Shown here: one piece after another, positions 57,857-64,000 of the stretch | Layout of the letters: the number at the start of each line of letters is the position of its first letter | How positions within the stretch are numbered: the stretch's first letter is position 1 | IMG/VR virus record: IMGVR_UViG_3300032327_000961 | Span: 3,312-67,311 of that record | Length of the DNA stretch: 64,000 bases | Strand: one strand, 5' to 3' | DNA from: a virus | Taxonomy: Duplodnaviria > Caudoviricetes | Notes under the pieces: generated by a model | Database searches by the model: none | What the model was told of the DNA's origin: nothing | The model's input: only the letters and a program-made list of their open reading frames with translations | Position numbers and translations under genes: made by a program

Positions 57857-60022
57857 TTAAAAAACTAAATTCTTTTTGCTGTCAAATCTCCTCTTAAAAA
57901 ACAAATCATTGTTATAAACATCGCTATGGAGTTTATCTTGAATCCTTAAATGAACTTGCTGCCTATGCAACAAAGTTAAGAAAAAAGCATCAGCTCTGTC
58001 AAAGTTATCAATATCATTGTAAAAAATTAATTCTTTTAGTAACCCAATACTATATATAGAATGTAGATTTAATAAACCATCACCTCTATCAGTCAATAAC
58101 CAATCTCTAGTTTCTGTAATTAATACAGATTTTATTTGAACAGTAGCATGAACTCCTTTATTACCTCTTCCTTTTACAGAACTTTCCATATTTATTTTAT
58201 GAATTTGAGGAGTATCTGCCATATAACCTAATGACTTTGTATTTTCAAAGTACATTTTAATACCATTCTTTTCATTTTCATGTAGTACTCTACAGTTATA
58301 ATAAATACACAATCTTCTTACAGCTTCATAATAATTTTTTGCTGATTCAGGTCTTCCTGTATATTCAGCTACTAAAAATTCATGTGTTCCACTTTTAGTT
58401 GAAAAAGTTTTGTATATAAAAAAGCTACCTAATGAGTGTGAACTTCTTGCTATATCATGGTCATAAGGATCACAACCTCCTACATATAAGTTATAAGGAA
58501 TTTCTCCTTCTACTGGATGTTCCCATATTGTAATACAACCTTTATCTTTATCATCTGGAGTTACTGGATAATCTGCAATAGTAAACTTATTCTTTAAATC
58601 TGGTAACCACTGAACTACTCCTTTTTCATTTACTATTAACTCTCCTTTTTGTGGTATATATTTTCCTGTTGTATCTGATTCTATTACCCCTAACCAATTA
58701 GTCAGATCTTCTACTGGAAATATACTACCTTTTCCTTCTAAAAACGCTTCGCTTGGTACTTCTGGATTATTCTGCTTTTTAGAATCTATTATATCTTTAG
58801 TAAAATCTTTACTTAAATCAGAAGTTCTAGCTTTATTAACTAAATCTAAAGCTTTATTTTTATCAATAACTCCTTCTGAATTCCTAGCATCATTATATTT
58901 CATGTGGCTAGGAATAAACAAACCTATTTGTTTACCTGTATTTTCATAAATATCTTCAAAGCTTAAACAGTTATAAGTTTCTGGACTATAAAAAACTTTT
59001 TTCAAAGCTTTTGTTTGTCCTGATTTCATTTGCCCACCTGTTCCAAATATCCACACAGTACCCATTTGTACCATATCAATAGATACGCAATCTATAAGAG
59101 CATTTAGACTTTCTACTAAGTTTCCAAAAAAACCTGCTTCTTCTAGTAATACTAAATTTGGTCTTAAACCATTTCCTGCTACAGGATTATTTGCAAAAAC
59201 TCTATTGTGTACTTTACTATGACTACCTCTTTCTTCCCATTGTCCATTTTCTTTTACTTTAACAAATGCTTCTATATAATCAGCACTTCCTAATCCTCCT
59301 TGAAAACTTACACTTATAGGACTTGGTATTGCAGTAGTAATTCCATTTAACTTTATCTTTTGTTTTCCTGGAAGATACTCTAATCCATTTAAAAACTTAT
59401 CTGCTAAATCTGTAGATTTACTTGCATCTATTGCTCCTATTAAAGTTTCTGACGAAAGAGGTTCATTATTTTTCTTTCTTGTAAGGTAATAATCATAATC
59501 CGTTGCACCATCAAATAAGAAATTTTGTGCTATACATCCTGATGCAAAAAAGCTTTTACCAGTTCCCCTTGCTTCTACATCTACTATATTTCTAGCAGGA
59601 TTTGCATATAAAGCTTTTCCTAAATTAGTTCCATGATTTTTTCTTAAATAAGTTCTTGCATCCACATAAGTTCTTCCTAAATTATCTTTACCAGAATCTT
59701 TAAACTTTAAATCACAAGTAAACTTTTTATCTAATTCAAATCCACTAAAACCTCTTGCTTCTGTAAACAAATAACCTTTTTCCCATTCTAAATCTCTTAA
59801 TGTAGGAGAAGCAATTCCTAATGTTTTACTTAATTCATTTTCTTTTGCTTTTATTTTAAATCCATTAATATAAAAGAAAACTTGTGGAGGCATCCATTTT
59901 CCTCCACTCCAATAACCTTCTATACAAGCTCTTTTAAACATCCTCCAAAAATCTAAATAGTCTTTAGAATTAGGGTGAAAGTTTTCTATAGGTATAAGAA
60001 AGTTTTTGTTACTTACTAACAT
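57857..60022 (-). CDS. Terminase large subunit
   Basis: EARGTGKS (Walker A), VLLEEAG (Walker B), GGCDPYD and FDRADA nuclease motifs. Confidence 0.92.
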   Translation of the reverse strand: MLVSNKNFLIPIENFHPNSKDYLDFWRMFKRACIEGYWSGGKWMPPQVFFYINGFKIKAKENELSKTLGIASPTLRDLEWEKGYLFTEARGFSGFELDKKFTCDLKFKDSGKDNLGRTYVDARTYLRKNHGTNLGKALYANPARNIVDVEARGTGKSFFASGCIAQNFLFDGATDYDYYLTRKKNNEPLSSETLIGAIDASKSTDLADKFLNGLEYLPGKQKIKLNGITTAIPSPISVSFQGGLGSADYIEAFVKVKENGQWEERGSHSKVHNRVFANNPVAGNGLRPNLVLLEEAGFFGNLVESLNALIDCVSIDMVQMGTVWIFGTGGQMKSGQTKALKKVFYSPETYNCLSFEDIYENTGKQIGLFIPSHMKYNDARNSEGVIDKNKALDLVNKARTSDLSKDFTKDIIDSKKQNNPEVPSEAFLEGKGSIFPVEDLTNWLGVIESDTTGKYIPQKGELIVNEKGVVQWLPDLKNKFTIADYPVTPDDKDKGCITIWEHPVEGEIPYNLYVGGCDPYDHDIARSSHSLGSFFIYKTFSTKSGTHEFLVAEYTGRPESAKNYYEAVRRLCIYYNCRVLHENEKNGIKMYFENTKSLGYMADTPQIHKINMESSVKGRGNKGVHATVQIKSVLITETRDWLLTDRGDGLLNLHSIYSIGLLKELIFYNDIDNFDRADAFFLTLLHRQQVHLRIQDKLHSDVYNNDLFFKRRFDSKKNLVF

Positions 60023-60031
60023 TATTAAATA

Positions 60032-60577
60032 TTAAAAATTATCTTGATCAGATAAAGATAATGCTGAATCACCTCTACCACTTTTTGTTTTTTCATTTTC
60101 TTTTTCCAACATAGTTTGCAATTTATTCCATGTAGCTAATATCTTATCCATAGATATTAACATAGAATCTTTTTCTTTAACTGTTTCTGGACTGTAAGGA
60201 ACACTTCTAAAATAGGTATTCCTTTCATTAATAGCATCTGAAACTCCTTTTTCTAATTTCTTTATTGGACTTAAAGTTATATTATCATAAACTGTTTCTG
60301 CATAATCAATCCACTCCTTATTATTTTCATAAAAACTTATGTCATTTAAATAATCTTTTCCTACAAGTTCACGCTTTTCATATACATCCATAGTAAACAA
60401 TATACTAGTAGGATCAAAACAATGCCATAAAAACCACATTGTTTTTGAAGAATTAACTTTCTTCTTATCAATATCTTCTTTATATAAAGTCTTAAAAGGT
60501 TCAAAGTTTTTAAACTGAGGATTTAATTCCCAAAAGTTTTTAATATCACCATTGTAAGCAACAACATTACTTCCCAT
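60032..60577 (-). CDS. Conserved hypothetical protein upstream of TerL
   Basis: 181-aa ORF (FWELNPQF; SSKTMW) in the packaging cluster. Confidence 0.6.
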   Translation of the reverse strand: MGSNVVAYNGDIKNFWELNPQFKNFEPFKTLYKEDIDKKKVNSSKTMWFLWHCFDPTSILFTMDVYEKRELVGKDYLNDISFYENNKEWIDYAETVYDNITLSPIKKLEKGVSDAINERNTYFRSVPYSPETVKEKDSMLISMDKILATWNKLQTMLEKENEKTKSGRGDSALSLSDQDNF

Positions 60578-60824
60578 TTTGTTCTTCCTCTTTTTGTTTT
60601 TTTAACATTTCTCTGTAAGCTAATCTTTCTTCTTTAGTTCTTCTAGTAATAACTTTAAATAAACCTAAAGAGTTTAATCTAACAGAATGACTTCCTACTC
60701 TCATTGTATCTTCTACAAATCTAAATATTTCTATACCAATAGAGTTTACTACTTCTTCGGAAACACCTAACTCTTCTGCTGTTTTCTTAACAGCATTTGT
60801 GTGATTTAAATCAGAATACATCAA
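60567..60824 (-). CDS. HU/IHF-like DNA-binding protein
   Basis: AVKKTAEELGVSEEVV helices followed by SVRLNSLGLFKV, the HU/IHF beta motif. Confidence 0.7.
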   Translation of the reverse strand: MMYSDLNHTNAVKKTAEELGVSEEVVNSIGIEIFRFVEDTMRVGSHSVRLNSLGLFKVITRRTKEERLAYREMLKKQKEEEQNGK

Positions 60825-61167
60825 AGAAAAATTTAAGTTCGTTTGTAGGAATAAGATGTGGTTTCATTACATAAAAACTATATTTCTTATCCAATACAGA
60901 TTTCGCCACTAATTTAGATATTAATGTGCTTTCATTAGCATTACTAATACTAAGTCTTTCTCTAATTTTAGCTTTATTTTCTGTACTAAAAACCCAAGCC
61001 CATTTATCCATAGAATCAACAGAAGTATTTTCTTTAGATAAGTAATCCCTTATCAGTATTTCAAATAATACAGGTTCTCTGTTTTCCAAGCAAGAAACAC
61101 CTGCCCACAATTTACACCACATTTTTACTGAGTGATCAAAATCTTTTTTTCTTAAATCAATATTCAT
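60811..61167 (-). CDS. Hypothetical protein, possibly winged-helix
   Basis: 118-aa ORF; KIRERLSISNANESTLISKLVAK resembles a helix-turn-helix. Confidence 0.55.
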   Translation of the reverse strand: MNIDLRKKDFDHSVKMWCKLWAGVSCLENREPVLFEILIRDYLSKENTSVDSMDKWAWVFSTENKAKIRERLSISNANESTLISKLVAKSVLDKKYSFYVMKPHLIPTNELKFFFDVF

Positions 61168-61211
61168 TAGATTTACAGGTTATTGTTTTTGGTTAAAGGT
61201 AAATAGGTACT

Positions 61212-61242
61212 AAAGGTTATTTATTTTAAATAACCTTTTTTT
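61212..61242 (+). terminator. Hairpin with T-tract on the + strand (antisense to the flanking genes)
   Basis: AAAGGTTATTTA-TTT-TAAATAACCTTT 12-bp stem followed by T7. Confidence 0.5.
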
Positions 61243-61298
61243 AATTACTAATTAACTTTGTAAAATTAAGAAATACTTTTGAATTTATAAGTATGTTT

Positions 61299-61976
61299 TT
61301 AAAAAAATAAAAATGAAGGTGCTTGTTCTAATACACTTTTTGCCAAATCCTTTAAGTAATCCACTTTTATAAAATCAATTTTATTATTTTCCCTATCAAA
61401 CCACACTATATGTAGGGTTTTGATTTTTATATTTTCAGAAAGCTCTACCAATAAAGCATAAATTGACAACTGAATAGTGTATTCATTAACTTTACTAGCT
61501 TCTAAATGAGATAGCACTCCTTTAAAATTACCATAGCTTTTTTTATATAGTTTTAAATTAGTTTTCCAATCTACTAAACTAATTGTCCCATCTTTATTAT
61601 TGATTCTTAAATCACAAGTACCTGCAACCTTATAAAGATTGCTATAATAAAGCTGTTCGCATTTAAAATCTACTTTCTTAACTCTATTATCTAAAAACTC
61701 TTGTATATGTACAGGTAATTCTTCATTAATTCCTTCTAGTAAATACTTTTCTATTCTTTTATGGTAAGAAGTTCCTACTGTTTTACTTAAATCATTACCT
61801 TCTTTCCATAAATTTAAATAGTATTCTTCTTTTCCTAAATACTTATTTGGATTTCTAGCAAATATAGCTTTGGGATCAAAAGGTTCTTTGAATTTCCCAA
61901 TTAAAGTAGTAACAGAAATATACAACTCTCCTAATTCATTAGTATAAGTATGTTTTTCCTCATTAAAAGTTATCAT
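61299..61976 (-). CDS. PD-(D/E)XK (Cas4/RecB-like) exonuclease
   Basis: FNEEKHTY, YISVTT, VGTSYH, VAGTCDL, LVDWKTN and YTIQLSIY motifs. Confidence 0.85.
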   Translation of the reverse strand: MITFNEEKHTYTNELGELYISVTTLIGKFKEPFDPKAIFARNPNKYLGKEEYYLNLWKEGNDLSKTVGTSYHKRIEKYLLEGINEELPVHIQEFLDNRVKKVDFKCEQLYYSNLYKVAGTCDLRINNKDGTISLVDWKTNLKLYKKSYGNFKGVLSHLEASKVNEYTIQLSIYALLVELSENIKIKTLHIVWFDRENNKIDFIKVDYLKDLAKSVLEQAPSFLFF

Positions 61977-62057
61977 CAGCAGTTATGTTTTAACAAACAT
62001 ACAGCTATTTTTTAAATATTACATACACATTGCAAAGAAATCAAAACTATTTTTAGA

Positions 62058-62531
62058 TTATTTAGAAAACATACTCTCTCCTTCACATTTCAGCTTAGTA
62101 TAATAAACCCAACCAGCTTCATAACCAAGTTTATTAGCAATATACTTTATATTAGACTCCTTAATTTTGTAATTATTGTCCTTACAATAATCAAAAAACA
62201 ATAACCATACAGCACCTTTTTTAATTTTACCAACATTCATTAAAGTTATTAAACCATCAACCTTTAATTTCTTACTACTCTCATCATCTAATTTAACATC
62301 ATAGCCTTTACTTCCAAAACTACTTCTTGTATAGCTATTAACTTTTCTTTCTTGTATAGGAAATGGATGATATTCTTTTATATACTGATACTCAGAATTT
62401 AAAACTTTAAATTCTTCTCCTGATTTACCACTAGTATCTGGATGTAATTCTACTGCTTTAGTTTTAAAAACTTTCTTAGCTTGATCTATATTCAAACATC
62501 CTTGAAAATATTTAAAATTCATTTTGTTCAA
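62058..62531 (-). CDS. J-domain (DnaJ-like) protein
   Basis: KKVFKTKAVELHPDTSGKSGEEFKVLNSEY contains the HPD motif and helix III. Confidence 0.75.
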   Translation of the reverse strand: MNKMNFKYFQGCLNIDQAKKVFKTKAVELHPDTSGKSGEEFKVLNSEYQYIKEYHPFPIQERKVNSYTRSSFGSKGYDVKLDDESSKKLKVDGLITLMNVGKIKKGAVWLLFFDYCKDNNYKIKESNIKYIANKLGYEAGWVYYTKLKCEGESMFSK

Positions 62532-62961
62532 TAAGTTTAGTTTTCTCTTTAGCTTCTTGTAAAATTAAATCATTCCTTTGTTCTGCATAACCTTTAAACA
62601 CAGGATAACCAATTAATCTAAAATCACCTTTCTCTCCTTCTATAAGATTAGAGCCTTTGAGATTTCTAAAACTAGTAGATAACTGTGAACTACTTATTCC
62701 TAATTCCTCTAGTATAATCTTCCTACTACCTTCTGATATTGTTATACTATTACTTTCTTTCTGAACTAATTGTATCAACTTTATATAAACTTTTACATCT
62801 GTATGTTGCTTAATCTTCAACAAGTTATCTGTAAACTCTGGGTACATTAAATAAAATCCTCCCTTATTCTTACTCTTAATAGTAAAACTATGTTCAGTTA
62901 CAGAACTAATTACTTCTCCTGTACCCTTATCAAATACCTCTGTAGTCTTAATACGTTTCAT
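62512..62961 (-). CDS. RepL-like winged-helix replication/regulatory protein
   Basis: EVFDKGTGEV start, FYLMY and ILEELGISSSQLSTSFRNLKGSNLI HTH; first gene of the - block, as in crAss-like phages. Confidence 0.65.
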   Translation of the reverse strand: MKRIKTTEVFDKGTGEVISSVTEHSFTIKSKNKGGFYLMYPEFTDNLLKIKQHTDVKVYIKLIQLVQKESNSITISEGSRKIILEELGISSSQLSTSFRNLKGSNLIEGEKGDFRLIGYPVFKGYAEQRNDLILQEAKEKTKLIEQNEF

Positions 62962-62979
62962 ACCTATGATTTAGTTATA

Positions 62980-63011
62980 CAAATATACCATTTAGTTTTA
63001 ACTAAATCAAA
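62980..63011 (-). promoter_or_regulatory. Bacteroidota sigma-A promoter (TTTG-N20-TATATTTG) heading the - strand block
   Basis: Both boxes at canonical spacing, 18 nt before the ATG at 62961. Confidence 0.7.
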
Positions 63012-63175
63012 AATCAATTTATAAAAAACAAGCTATTTAGTAAAGTACTTGATTATCAATAACTTATCTTATTTATAAGTAAAGATGATGTTGTATTCAA
63101 GCACATATATGTTGTCAGGACACAACAACTAGTACTGATAATCAGATAGTTATGGCATTTCCCTTCTTCTCTATC

Positions 63176-63214
63176 ATAGGTATTTTGATCATATATCAAT
63201 ATCAAAATACCTAT
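63176..63214. repeat. Perfect 14-bp inverted repeat
   Basis: ATAGGTATTTTGAT-N11-ATCAAAATACCTAT. Confidence 0.9.
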
Positions 63215-63256
63215 CCAATAGTACTTTTCCTCCTTCTAGGATAATAAGTTTTATAT

Positions 63257-63294
63257 TAACAGAAGAAGAATAACAGAAGAATAACAGAAGAATA
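63257..63294. repeat. Tandem 11-bp repeat TAACAGAAGAA x3
   Basis: Read directly; the first copy has an extra GAA. Confidence 0.85.
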
Positions 63295-63413
63295 AAAAAA
63301 AATAAATAATTTTTTTTTAAATTTTTGATGTATATCTGAGTTTTATAGGGGTAACCTCGAGATTTGCACCCTCCCTTAAAATAGTGCGGATTATCCCCCC
63401 GCCACCATTTACT

Positions 63414-63677
63414 ATGTCAAATCTTATGACACTTTTTGTTTTAGCTTCGGTTAAAACAAAAAACACTGAAAACGTATCTTATTATACGACTTTCAGTAAG
63501 TTTTCTTTCCCAGTAATGGGAGAGAAACCGATCTATTGCTTTACTCCTGTTCAATTAGAGCAGGGCAAATCAGTAGAAGTTCCAAAGGATAGTCTTATTC
63601 CAGAGGAAACTACTTGGGTTTCTCCAGAAACAGGAGAAGTGAAAGTCTGCAAAGAAGGCAGATTCCGTATCAAGTAA
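63414..63677 (+). CDS. Hypothetical protein (probable start MSNLM at 63414)
   Basis: The in-frame ATG follows a GC-rich leader; strong terminator directly after the stop. Confidence 0.7.
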   Translation: MSNLMTLFVLASVKTKNTENVSYYTTFSKFSFPVMGEKPIYCFTPVQLEQGKSVEVPKDSLIPEETTWVSPETGEVKVCKEGRFRIK

Positions 63678-63680
63678 CGC

Positions 63681-63704
63681 AAAGGAGCTTCGGCTCCTTT
63701 TTTT
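63681..63704 (+). terminator. Intrinsic terminator
   Basis: AAAGGAGC-TTCG-GCTCCTTT (UUCG tetraloop) plus T-tract. Confidence 0.9.
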
Positions 63705-64000
63705 CAACCTTTCCAAAAGGTTGATTTTAATATTATGTAGTTATCTTAACAAATAACTACATTTTCCTCATCTTATGATGACAAGCTTGTGGGGCAAAGT
63801 AAACTTATTTATAAGTTGAAAATTGTGCAGACATAAAAATCAAGCAGTAGTTGATAATCTACTTTAACAAAATTATTAGGTCTTGAAAAGCAGACGTGCT
63901 TACCTAGAACAGTTTTTATTAGTTTTCCCAAAATGGAAGTTTAACTTGTGCAGAACTGTACTGTTATTAAAAACTAATTGTCCTCACCTAAAATAAATCT

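Noticed and set aside
22817-60022. Inteins or self-splicing introns in RNAP, capsid or terminase genes
   Set aside because: The ORFs are continuous, capsid and terminase have ordinary lengths, and I saw no C...HN intein ends or homing-endonuclease ORFs.
57857-60022. YWSGG and FGTGG in the terminase as copies of the cargo delimiter motif
   Set aside because: They lack the preceding Lys and basic context and sit in conserved terminase motifs; recorded as background for the motif claim.
63257-63294. CRISPR-like mini-array
   Set aside because: The 11-bp repeats are directly tandem with no spacers. The PD-(D/E)XK nucleases are ordinary phage Cas4-like enzymes with no cas operon.
63340-63410. Possible tRNA (GGTGCAAATC resembles a T-loop on the - strand)
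   Set aside because: No consistent T-stem, acceptor stem or anticodon arm could be built.
63870-63910. Possible tRNA-Ser (GTCTTGAAAA resembles a UGA anticodon loop)
   Set aside because: The flanks do not form an anticodon stem, D-arm or T-arm.
1-64000. Stop-codon reassignment (TAG or TGA), known in some crAss-like clades
   Set aside because: Long genes are uninterrupted under the standard code, and TAG and TGA both end genes at sensible positions (e.g. 1391, 55440). No suppressor tRNA was seen.

Overview
A 64-kb, very AT-rich segment of a crAss-like (Crassvirales / phi14:2-type) podophage genome. The host is probably in Bacteroidota, judged from TAnnTTTG promoter boxes, A-rich translation starts without Shine-Dalgarno motifs and a DDDLPF-ending SSB-like protein. 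There are three blocks. (1) + strand 1-11.1 kb: replication, recombination and repair genes (P-loop ATPase, SSB-like, primase, rIIA/rIIB-like pair, RusA-like resolvase, PD-(D/E)XK nuclease, kinase, uracil-DNA glycosylase), ending in a tiny stand-alone ORF. (2) - strand 63.0-11.2 kb: RepL-like, J-domain, nuclease, IHF-like, terminase, portal, scaffold-like, major capsid, ring/tail proteins, muzzle, three large cargo/ejection proteins plus a 4533-aa virion RNA polymerase polyprotein, holin-like genes and a u-spanin, tail fibres and a candidate endolysin. (3) A palindrome-rich divergence region near 63 kb followed by one + strand gene and a possibly structured non-coding stretch. The standard genetic code is used; I saw no tRNA, CRISPR, integrase, intron, intein or DGR. 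The most notable observations are a 1429-aa cargo protein built as a string of small modules delimited by a recurring K-[Y/F]-x-x-G-G motif (also present in three other virion proteins) and carrying an L,D-transpeptidase-like domain, and a virion RNAP fused to NADAR-like, PD-(D/E)XK nuclease and two zincin domains. All family assignments come from motif recognition by eye; no database searches were run.
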